Origin: Octopus sinensis
Lineage: Eukaryota
Direction: 5' to 3'
Length of the DNA stretch: 64,000 nucleotides
NCBI RefSeq assembly: GCF_006345805.1
Contig: NC_043000.1
Coordinates: 31,682,001 to 31,746,000, forward strand
The position numbers and the translations under genes were made by a program. The notes beneath the pieces were generated by a model. The model did no database searches and was not told the origin of the DNA. It saw nothing but the letters and a program-made list of their open reading frames with translations. Shown piece after piece: positions 41,480 to 51,903 of this stretch. Every line of letters starts with the position of its first letter. The first letter of the stretch is position 1.

Positions 41480-42165
41480 GAAATTGTTGCCGGCCATCTT
41501 AGCAACTCAAATAGAGTCTGTATAAGATGAATCCACATTTGTTGACGAGGGCAAAGCCAAAGAGAACAGCACGACGGAATTATATTTCCCTGTGATGGGA
41601 AGCAGGAAGTTGAAGAATTGGAAACCTGAATTGCAGGTGCTGGCACAGCAATGTGCCAGCACCTGCATTCGATCCCCAGAAGAGCCAAACTCATGATTTT
41701 TTGCTCGCTTTTCGAGCATATCCTCACCTCTGGTCATGAATGTTGGATAATGACTAAAAGAGTACGATCGCGTATACAAGCAGTCGGATTGAGGTTCCTA
41801 TAAAGGATCTCTGGAGTAACGTTACTCTACAGGATGAGTAGCGCAGAGTTCAAAGTGTCTCTCCAGAGCCCGCCGCTACTTCTTTGCATCGGGATGTCAC
41901 AGCTCCGATACTACAGACATGGGATTAGAATGTCGCAGGAGAGAATCGCATGACAAATTCTTCGAGTCGATCCAACCAACAGGAGACCTAGAGGTAGAGA
42001 AGGAACAAGATATTTGAATAATATTTATAGTCCCCGCTAGTCACGCCTGGGAATCCATCTGGAATGTATAATGATAGTTGCTTCAGAGAGTTCCCTATGG
42101 AAGAGGCGCCTCACGATTCTACCCCCAACGACTCGCCTAAACAATAGTGGGTAGAGAAGATGGAT
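41480..42165 (+). mobile_element. RTE-clade (Rex3/Expander-like) LINE 3' fragment
   Basis: GIIFPCDGKQ...RRAKLMIFCSLFEHILTSGHECWIMTKRVRSRIQAVGLRFL*RISGVTL...SQLRYYRHGIRM...RRPRGR, ending near GAAGATGGATG. This matches the RTE C-terminal pattern. Confidence 0.85.
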
Positions 42166-42422
42166 GCCAAGCCCTAAAAGGGGCAACGAATATTATTATG
42201 ACAGCTGGTTAAAACTCTTTTTCATAAACCCTCTCGCTTCTCCGACTTTAACATACAGGTAGGATAACTAATCCATAACAAGATCTACCTTCCCTACTAT
42301 ATCATAAACAACCACTCCTACTATACTTCAACTATCACTACCATATCCCAAATTATCGCCACTGTCTAAAATAAACACTCCTTCTACTAATTCTTAAATT
42401 ATTATCATTTTCTAAACTACCA

Positions 42423-42643
42423 ATACCTATTTCTTTTCTACCTAATTCCAACACAGAGAGGACAAACAAGGACAGACACACGGATTAAGACGATTATATC
42501 GACCTCAGTGCGTAACTGGTACTTAATTTATCGACCCCGGAAGGATGAAAGGCAAAGTCGACCTCGGCGGAATTTGAACACAGAACGTAACGGCAGACGA
42601 AATACCGCTAAGCTTTTCGCCCGGCGTGCTAACGTTCTTGCCA
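42423..42643 (-). mobile_element. Family A SINE inserted in a degenerate CTAAACTACCACCACTA minisatellite
   Basis: Reverse-complement family A copy, with the minisatellite on both sides (about 42280-42780). Confidence 0.88.
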
Positions 42644-43323
42644 CTGCAAAAGTAACTTCACCACTACCTTAGTCTAAACTACCACTACTTACTATCATCC
42701 CCTAAACTATCACCACTACTGCTACAGTATTCTAAACTACCACCACTACTATGATATCTTACAACATCCCCTTCTCTAGGATATTTTAAACTGTGCTCAG
42801 CCAGAGGTGACATTGAGCTAAATCTCACAACACCAACAACACCAACAAAAACATATTTCATTCGCCATGTTGTGTGGCATTAAAACATTCCTGTAGTGTG
42901 TAGTAATATTTAAATTTAATGGTGCTAAAACAAAACGCTATTAAGTCATTAGAGCGACTCTCTACGTTCTGTGCCAAGTCTAGCGTACGCCAATGAGCTT
43001 TAAAAACACGTCTGTGATTAATTGGAACTCTCAAATGTAAAGTATTGAAGTCAATTTATAAAAGCAGCCAAATTAGGCAATATACATTAAACTAAGTGTT
43101 GTTGCAGATAATTTAATAAAAACTACATATAAACTCCATTTTCTTTCCACTATTATTGCTCCTTGCCGGATGGAAACCTCAGCATGTCATTACTGAGTTA
43201 TCTGTGTTAGTCTTTGGCTTGCCTACCTTCCCACGGTTGTGAGCTGGACGGGTGCACCTGAGGTCGAGAGATTAGAGCCGGCCACTCCGTCTATATTTAG
43301 ATATATACTTCGAATTTAAACAC

Positions 43324-43531
43324 TAGTACAACATCGATTTTCCGGAAATCCAAAGCCTTTCTGAATCACTTATTCATTCCGAAGTAAGGAGGCCAAAACA
43401 CCCTGAATTAAGCGAATAATAAAATTACTTAATTGACTAAATGAAACGCAAGGAACCACACATTAATGAAAATTAGTGCGGATCACAACCGGTACCGGAC
43501 TGTTAGTATCCGGAAAGTTAATGTTGTATTA
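43324..43531. mobile_element. Tc1/mariner-superfamily (pogo/Tigger-like) MITE
   Basis: Inverted ends TACAACATCGATTTTCCGGA / TCCGGAAAGTTAATGTTGTA match at 17/20 and resemble Tigger-type TIRs. Confidence 0.6.
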
Positions 43532-43689
43532 ACAAAATACGTGATACTAGTGAGGGGTGTATTACCATCCCTGTCATACCTTAAACTGCCACCTCATGGG
43601 CTCTCAAATTACCTTACAATATTATAGAATACTCATTGGATCCTGTATTCTTGGGTCTGAAGGAAGGGGCAGAGCCCACAGCCTTGGCA

Positions 43690-44330
43690 ATACAGAGTAG
43701 ACAACATATCAGAAGGTGATAATTGCAGAATCTGTGGACAAAACGGTGAAACTGTATCGCATATTACTAGCCAATGTACGCAACTAGCACAGAAGGAATA
43801 TAAGAGACGCCACGGCAATATAGCCAAGCTTGTCCATTGGACACTTTGCAACAAGTATGGACTTGCCAGAGCAAAAAATTGGTACGACCACAAACCTAAA
43901 GGCATCGTCAAAATCAGAAATGCAAAGATCCTATGGGATTTTATGATTCAGTGCGACCATGAGATAGAGAATAGGAAGCCAGACATAGTCTTAAGTGAGA
44001 AAGAAAAAAACTATGCTGGATCATAGATATAGAATGCCCAGCTGACAACAAGGTTTGCGATAAGGAAGAAAGAAAAGTCGAGAGATATGAGAGGTTAGCT
44101 TGGGAAGTTAAGTAATTGTGGCCGCTGAAAAAGGTGGTGGCAGTACCAATAATTGTCGGAGCCCTTGGAATAGCAAGAATAAAACAGCACTGCTTGGAAC
44201 CGCTGAAATACTGCGGATGGTGCTCGAAAAATAAGGGGTATTAGCTTAGTTCACTGGGTGTGAAAACTGACACCGTAGTACATCTCCACCGTTAGAAGCT
44301 GTGCAAAGGCAATAAAGAATAATAAGAATA
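43690..44330 (+). mobile_element. R4/Dong-like LINE 3' part (CCHC knuckle + RLE + 3' UTR)
   Basis: CRICGQNGETVSHITSQCTQLAQKEYKRRHGNIAKLVHWTLCNKYG...KILWDFMIQCDHEIENRKPDIVL...TALLGTAEILRMVLEK*, followed by (TAA/TGA)n to 44521. Confidence 0.93.
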
Positions 44331-44335
44331 TTAAA

Positions 44336-44483
<148 letters not shown>

Positions 44484-44521
44484 GATGATGATGATAATAA
44501 TAATAATAATAATAATAATAA

Positions 44522-44838
44522 TGTGTTGAGAAGGATTCTTTGGGGTTTGGATAATTCACCTCTGGAAACATAGGTGGTTCTTTCAACATCCTTAAACAAC
44601 CCTTATTCAGGGACCGTTTGAGCGGGATGGGCTACTCGACCTGAAGAAGATTCTAACTGGGCCCCACCTGCAAGGTCATGTGCTGTTTACCTTGATATGA
44701 GATCACCATGTCGCGCACATATGGTTGTGATGCATGTGCCTGGTGTACCCTTATCAGACGGGTAGTCATGATGGGTATATTGGGCTTCGTATATTTTACC
44801 CCAGTGTCACTTTGATGGCATGAACTGCTCTCTCACTC
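44522..44838 (+). mobile_element. 5'-truncated copy of the 556-bp non-coding (TAA)n-flanked element
   Basis: Near-identical to 45312-45631, with TAA arrays on both sides. Confidence 0.9.
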
Positions 44839-44925
44839 AATAATAATAATAATAATAATGATGATGATGATGATAATAACAATATTAATAATAAAAATAA
44901 TAGTAATAATAATGATATAATAATA

Positions 44926-44972
<47 letters not shown>

Positions 44973-45011
44973 TTAATGATGATGATGATAATAATAACAA
45001 TAATAATAATA

Positions 45012-45075
<64 letters not shown>

Positions 45076-45077
<2 letters not shown>

Positions 45078-45631
45078 CCCTGATGCAGTACCAGGCAGTG
45101 GCTCTCATGGCTTCTGATCTTAACTGATTGGAAGTGTTATCATGTACATTGTTTTGTCTTGGTATAAAAGATGGGCTACAGCAAATATTCTGCTCAATAC
45201 CACAGATTTGCTTGTCAGTTATTTGACCTTAACCAGTTGAGCATGTTCCTTAGTGGCTGACGATATGTGCATCTCTGATCACGAGCAGAAGTAGTGGGGG
45301 AGCATCATAGCCATGTGTTGAGAAGGATTCTTTGGGGTTTGAATAATTCACCTCTGGAAACATGGGTGGTTCTTTCAACATCCTTAAACAACCCTTATTC
45401 AGGGACCTTTTGAGCGGGATGGGCTACTCAACCTGAAGGAAATTATAACTGGGCCCCCACCTGCAAGGTTATGCGCTGTTTATCTTGATATGAGATCACC
45501 ATGTCGCGCACATATGGTTGTGATGCATGTGCCTGGTGTACCCTTATCAGACGGGTAGTCATGATGGGTATATTGGGCTTCGTATATTTTACCCCAGTGT
45601 CACTTTGATGGCATGAACTGCTCTCTCACTC
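45076..45631 (+). mobile_element. 556-bp non-coding element flanked by (TAA)n, probable non-autonomous retroelement
   Basis: Three other copies in the window share the same 3' end (GCTCTCTCACTC-AATAATAAT) but have variable 5' ends. No ORF or tRNA head is recognisable. Confidence 0.8.
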
Positions 45632-45683
45632 AATAATAATAATAATAATATTAAAGTGAAAGCACGATATAAATATAAAACTA

Positions 45684-45747
<64 letters not shown>

Positions 45748-45791
45748 TAATAATAATAATAATAATAATAATGATGATAATAATAATAATA

Positions 45792-45829
<38 letters not shown>

Positions 45830-45884
45830 AATAATAATTATAATAATAATAATAAAGTGAAAGCACGATATAAAAATAAAACTA

Positions 45885-45944
<60 letters not shown>

Positions 45945-45945
<1 letters not shown>

Positions 45946-46470
45946 GAATTACGCAAGAAGGAACTACACAATCAATTCCATGTAACCACAACAGAAATTG
46001 TTGGAAAGAATAGGTGGGATTGGCTGATGATAGGAACCCTAAGAAAATAGGCCGAGAGCACTATACTGGAAGCACAGGACCAAGCTGTGGTCTCGAACTG
46101 GAAGGTCAACCCGAGGAATGACTAAATATCCCCGCTGTGCCGCATCTGCAATAGAGTGGATGAAGGCATTGACCATATCACGAACAAATGCCCAGACTTG
46201 CCCAAAACTACTACAAGTTGTGGCGACACAACCAGGTAGCGAAAGTGCTTAATTGGAAACTCTGCGGAAAGTGGAGGCTAGTGAGAGGCAAGACGTGGTA
46301 TGAACACAAACCGCAAGCAGTGGCAGAGTCGGAGACTAGCAAAACCCTCTGGGATTTTCCAATCCAAATAGATCAGGTGCTAGAGCATAACAAACCGGAC
46401 CTAGTGGTGGTGGACAGGGTGCACCACATATGCTTTCTTGTTGATGTTGCATGGCCCTTTGACCCAACGA
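45945..46470 (+). mobile_element. R4/Dong-like LINE fragment (second family)
   Basis: AQDQAV...CRICNRVDEGIDHITNKC...RHNQVAKVLNWKLCGKW...WYEHKPQAVAE...LWDFPIQIDQVLEHNKPDLVVVD...FLVDVAWP. Confidence 0.9.
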
Positions 46471-46576
46471 ATACAAGACGTTGTGGGACTTTAACATTCA
46501 GACTGAGAAAGTAGAAGTTAGAAGGCCTCAGACTGAGAGAGTAGAAGTTAGAAGTAGTAGTAGTAGTAGTAGTAGT

Positions 46577-46632
<56 letters not shown>

Positions 46633-46633
46633 T

Positions 46634-46679
<46 letters not shown>

Positions 46680-46690
<11 letters not shown>

Positions 46691-47045
46691 ACAAAGAGAA
46701 TAGCGAGTGCCAGATAATAGACTTTACAGTCCCAAATGATGCAAACATTAATCTGAGAGGTTTAGGGAAAATAACAAAGTACCAGGACCTAGCTATTGAA
46801 TTACAAAGACTATGGAAAGTGCGGGTAAGATGTATCCCAGTAGTTATGGTGCATTGGGAACTATCCTTAAAGATCTGAACAGATGGAGAGAGGAAATAAA
46901 CATAAAACCCAGTTTAGTACAGCTGCAGATAACAGAGTTATTAGGGGCAGCTAGAATACTTAGGAGGGCTCTTGGCATCTAAGGCTACTTGTTGTAGGAT
47001 TCTTTTCTTTTCCAACAGTCTAATCTGTTTAGTGTATATGAGAAC
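46680..47045 (+). mobile_element. R4/Dong-like LINE 3' end (third family)
   Basis: VVDKENSECQIIDFTVPND...KITKYQDLAIELQRLWKV...LLGAARILRRALGI*, then a TAA-like tail. Confidence 0.88.
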
Positions 47046-47109
47046 AATAATGATAATAATAACTTTGATGATATGCACTGCTCTCTTACTCGGTGATAAT
47101 AATATTAAT

Positions 47110-47671
47110 AAAATCTTTAAGCGAGAATATCTCAGAAGAACCAGGTTAATTATGGGAAGTAAACTCAATGGAAAAACAAACTCAGAACAATGAACAGATG
47201 GACTGTTTCCTTGCGATACGGCGCAGGTATTGTTAGGTTGACAAAGAATGAGCTAGAGGAAATAGGCAGGAAAACTAGAAAAGCGATGGCAGTTAACAAG
47301 GAACTACACCCTCAAATCGATACTGACAGACTGTATGTGACAAGGAACAGCAGAGGAAGAAGCCTCATAGGATGCAAGATCTGTGTTGTCAACGAAAAGA
47401 AGAGTCTGGGTTGGTACATCAAACAGCAGACTGAATCCTTGCTTGCTGCTGTTAGAATTAACAATACAATACTTACCGAAGATGTGATGTACACGGAAAC
47501 GTTTAAGAAACAAGATGAAGAAAAAAGAGGAAACAACTGGAAAATGAAACCACTGCATGGGCAAAACTCTTAGAGAAATCGAAAGAAAAGACAAGAAAAG
47601 ACAACATTTGGAGATGGCTAACAAAAAGTGATCTGAAAGGATGCACTGAGGCATTGATATATTTGCAGCCC
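47110..47671 (+). mobile_element. R4/Dong-like LINE RT-thumb fragment
   Basis: LRYGAGIVRLTKNELEEIGRKTRK...ELHPQIDTDRLYV...KPLHGQ...TEALIF. Homologous to 20240-20668. Confidence 0.9.
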
Positions 47672-47849
47672 TCCCACCTGACAAGTGGTATAACAGGGTC
47701 CCTATAAATAGGAGAGTACGAGACAGTATAAGAGAGTATGTAGTAGGCGGTCAGAGATAGTTGTCTTTGCCGCTTTTATTAAGTATACGGTGTCCCAAAG
47801 TGGGCTTTATAACAATCCAACATTATAAGGATTATAACAGATTATAACA
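47672..47849 (+). mobile_element. Probable 3' portion of a Ty3/Gypsy 5' LTR
   Basis: TATA-like TATAAATA at ~47703; ends in ...ATAACA immediately before the PBS-like GTGGCGGGGAGG. Confidence 0.6.
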
Positions 47850-48222
47850 GTGGCGGGGAGGATTTAAACAACTGACCAAGAATTAATAAACCCGACGAGG
47901 ATTTAAACATCTCACGAAGAATTAATAAATGCGATGAGAATTTTTAAAACTCACAAGGAATTAATAAACACTACGAATATTTAAACAACTCACAAGGAAT
48001 TGATAAACTCGATGTGGATAAACCAATTCACGTAGGGTTAATAGAAACTTGAAGAGGAGTTAATAAACTCACAAAGATGGTGTACGAATTTTACGAAAAA
48101 GCGTAGAAATATGGAAATTTTGTTGGCAGGTTTGCTCGAGTGGCAAAAACAACAACAGTTGAGAGAACAAAAACAGCAGACATAACTACAAGAGCAACAA
48201 CAGAAGCAACAGCAACAGATGT

Positions 48223-48587
48223 GGAGGCGCAATGGCCCAATGGTTAGGGCAGCGGACTCGCGGTCGGAGGATCGTGGTTTCGATTCCCAGACCGGACGTT
48301 GTGTGTGTTTATTGAGCGAAAACACCTAAAGCTCCACGAGGCTCCGGCAGGGGGGGGGCGACCCCTGTTGTACTCTTTCGCTCCAACTTTCTCTCACTCT
48401 TTCTTCCTGTTTCTTGTCCCTGACTTCCTACGCAACCGCTGAGCCTGGATACGCATTCATCCATCCGTCGATGCTCTCGGTGTCGGAGGTTGACCTGCTT
48501 TCTCTTCTGCGGGTCTTACGAATAGCAAAGCACCACATTTCGGACATCTCCCAAGAGGACGAAAACCGCTTCGCTCAACAGCAACAA
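48223..48587 (+). mobile_element. Family B SINE inserted in the Gypsy gag poly-Q segment
   Basis: A- and B-box-like motifs and a CAA tail. CAACAGATG is duplicated at 48213-48221 and 48588-48596. Confidence 0.92.
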
Positions 48588-49286
48588 CAACAGATGCAAT
48601 TACTGAAGCCGTGAGGAAAGTTAGAAGAGATGTTCTCGACAGACTATTTCGCAAACTCCATAACTGTGTTCAAATACGAACCTGACGAAGGAGTTAACTT
48701 CGAAGGATACTACAGAAGATATGAGCAAATCTTCGAGAAAGAATGTAAAGACTGGGACGACAAGATGAAAACGTGCTTAATCTTGAGAAAACTGTAATTA
48801 TGTACTTCCAAGAAAACCTTCGGACATAAATTTTAATGACACAATAGATATATTGTGTAACATTTTCAGTGAAAAAATCTCGTTGTTCAGCACACGTTGG
48901 AAGTGTCTGAACATAGAGAGAAACATCGACTTTATCACATATGCTGTTGGAGTAAATAAGGATTGTGAGAAGTTTAACCTGGAAAAATTAAGGTCGGATA
49001 TGTTCAAATGCCTGATTTTTACACAGGGACTAACTGCCGAAAAGGACGCAGAAGTCAGAACTAGAACTCTCGCAAAGCAGGAACAAAACCAGGATGTAAC
49101 CTTATAGCAAATGTCAGAAAAATGTGAAAGGATAGTCCCATTGAGACACAACACAGAGGAAGTTGAAAGTAAAACCTATTTCCAAGCAAAGCAAAGGTCA
49201 TAATAGAGACCAAGTGTTTTCTAAACAAACACGACAAAAATCAGGAAATAAGACCCTGCTTTGCATGTGAAGGTACGCACCTGAGG

Positions 49287-49526
49287 GAAGTCAGTGAGCT
49301 GGTAGAATCGTTAGCACGCCGGGCGAAATGCTTAGCAGTATTTCGTCTGCCGCTACGTTCCGAGTTCAAATTCCGCCGAGGTCGACTTTGCCTTTCATCC
49401 TTTCGGGGTCGATAAATTAAATACCAGTTAGGCACTGGGGTCGATGTAATCGACTTAATCCGTTTGTCTGTCCTTGTTTGTCCTCTCTATGTGTAGCCCC
49501 TTGTGGGTAGTAAAGAAATAGGTATA
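49287..49526 (+). mobile_element. Family A SINE inserted in Gypsy gag upstream of the zinc knuckle
   Basis: CACCTGAGG is duplicated at 49278-49286 and 49527-49535. Confidence 0.92.
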
Positions 49527-49887
49527 CACCTGAGGACAAAATCCCCATTTAAAAAAGCGGAGTGCTTTCGTTGTGGTAATATAGGACACATAAAGGCACA
49601 CTGTAGAATAAAGATGATAAAAGGTCGGAACAAGGGGAAAAGAATAAATAGTATGTTATCGGAAGGACTTGGTAATATAACGATGAGGAAATTCGTGAAG
49701 ATGAAAATCGGAAATACAAGTGGTAGAATGCAGTTGGAGATTGGTAGTGATATCACCATTATAAACAAAAAGAAAACGTGGAAATATGTCGGTAAGCTGA
49801 AATTAATTAAATCGAAAAAGGTAGCACATGGTGTTGCGGAGAAAAGACTATATTTTTTCGGGGAATTCGTATAAAATGCAACTTGTA

Positions 49888-50618
49888 TTTGGTCATTCAT
49901 CCATTCATCGACACCTGCGTGCCATCGGAAACGTCAGTAAATTGGGTCAATAGGTTCCTCACAAACTTTTCGCGTCTAATCGCGCGCAGAGAGTGATTGT
50001 GTGCTCCATGGTGTCACGTTTCAACGAACCTTTTTGGGACCGAATAATGACTGGTGACGAGAAATGCGTTCTCTATAAAAATGTCAAAAGCTGAAGACAG
50101 TGGGTAGGGAAAGATGAAAGACCGGCAACCCAAGTAAAAGAAGGTCTTCACCGACGTAAGTTGTTGTTATCTGTTTGGTGGGATATGAAAGATTTAGTCC
50201 ACTTTGAACTTTTAAACCCAAACCAATCGATACTGCGAAAAGATTGAGCGGCTTAAGTCAGCGCTAGAAGAAAAATTACCATCTCTGGTTTCAAGACGAA
50301 AGGTGTTCTTCCATCAAACCAACCAATATATTCACCGGACATTGCCCCATCTGATTATCTTTTATTCCGCAGTCTTCAAAATCATTTGGAGGGTAAAAGA
50401 TATGAATTCTGTAAACACGGTCAGAACAGTAGTGGAGTATTTTTCGTCATGTACAAGTGAATTTTGGAAGAGGGGTCTTGCAAGTCTACCAGATAGATGG
50501 AAGAGCATTATAGAAAAAGAAGGAGAGTATATTTTAGGTTAAAATAGAATATTGTTTATTTTCATGTTTAAAAATAAACGTATTAAAAAAAGCGCATCAT
50601 TTACGGGTTGACACAATA
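49888..50618 (+). mobile_element. Mariner transposase fragment with 3' TIR, internally deleted
   Basis: HRHLRAIGNVSKLGQ*VPHKL (WVPHEL), DRIMTGDEKCVLY, LLSVWWD and YSPDIAPSDYLLFRSLQNHL. TIR-like CGCATCATTTACGGGTTGACACAA followed by TA. Confidence 0.92.
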
Positions 50619-50690
50619 TTTAAATATATATAAATATTTATAACTCATGTTTTGAGTTCAATTTATCGTGCTTGTACTACGATTCTTCAT

Positions 50691-50759
<69 letters not shown>

Positions 50760-51721
50760 TACATATATATTCGTGTGTGTGTGTGTGTGTGTATACATAT
50801 GTTTATACACACATATATGCACATGTATATACAAACACGTACATGTATATGCATGTGTAAAGATATATACATCTCAAACTCGATATGTCATGTTTATAAG
50901 TAATGTCTCTCAATCTATCGCTGAAACACGGCTGTGATCTTGGTGATCACGTGATGATTAAAGAGAGAATAAACCGGTTCTGATTATTTCGCGCACGCAC
51001 TTAGTTTATAGTAGGGAACTGTGCCTGATTGGGAAGTTGCAGCCATTGACAACGACAAGCATCATGTTTTGAGTGATTTTTCTGCTGAACACAAAACCAT
51101 TTTTCTATCAATACATTAATATCGATACCCGTTGCCCAAATCTACACAGATCAAAGTCAATATCGCATGTAACAATTAAAAATATGGAAATATATTTTGT
51201 ATGCGATGCCACATGCAGCATGGACGCGACGCTACACGTCAGAATAATCGAAGGTTTACTACTGTTCGTCTACAATCGATAGACAGTCAAGAACGAGTTA
51301 GAAATACCCGAATAGTATAATGGTGAAAATCGATATTCAATATGGGTGGTACATTGAGCGATAGTTAATCAATATTTACTTAATGTACAATCTAATTAAG
51401 TTTCGCGCACTACAGCATATCTCTTCGATGGTGATTCTATCTGGTTGTGTGAGCCTCGGGCTTCACTGTTAATATGATGGAATCAGTCTTGGTGTAAAGT
51501 TAAATATATTGTGTTGCTATTCTAACTGCACAGACATTACACAATATAGATCACAGATCTTGTTGTATACACTAAATTTAACACAGATCGAATTAAAATG
51601 ATTTATAACGTTCTCATCAGACGACGGGCGGAGAATACTGTGTGGTTGATATAAGTACCTCCACTACGCATTTTACATCAAGAGTAGAGTCCACAGTGAT
51701 CCGTAAGTAGTCGCCATAATT

Positions 51722-51903
51722 GATCGTTAGCCACTACACACATTTTTTTCTCTCCTTGTTTTTTTTCTGTGTCCCTTTCTGTATAAGAGCGTAGGCTCGA
51801 AACGTAAAATACTTTTTCTATTCCTGAGCGTTATACTAAAACATCTGTTTCTTTTGTACACCACCTGTCTTCGTCTTTTATTTTTTTCGTAAACTCTCCC
51901 TAT
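51722..51903 (+). mobile_element. Penelope-like terminal fragment with hammerhead-like motif (second copy)
   Basis: Near-identical to 12348-12530. Confidence 0.6.

Larger units (their letters stand above)
47850..49887 (+). mobile_element. Ty3/Gypsy (K02A2.6-like) internal region: PBS, gag, zinc knuckle, degenerate aspartic protease; two SINE insertions
   Basis: ANSITVFKYEPDEGVNFEGYYRRYEQIF...LILRKL; SLFSTRWKCLN...FKCLIFTQGL...DAEVRTR; CFRCGNIGHIKAHC (CX2CX4HX4C); and RMQLEIGSDITII (degenerate DTGSD). Confidence 0.9.

Noticed and set aside
41632-41667. Hairpin as a pre-miRNA or Helitron 3' end
   Set aside because: The stem is too short with a 4-nt loop for a canonical pre-miRNA, and there is no CTRR terminus at the expected distance on either strand.
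41478-41690. Strong-looking acceptor (TTTTATTTCCGCAG) and downstream frame as a host exon
   Set aside because: All frames from the acceptor stop within ~20 codons, and another frame is clearly RTE LINE protein.
47853-48049. 39-bp direct repeats as a CRISPR array
   Set aside because: The units are contiguous with no unique spacers, lie in a retrotransposon leader, and there are no cas genes; the DNA is eukaryotic.
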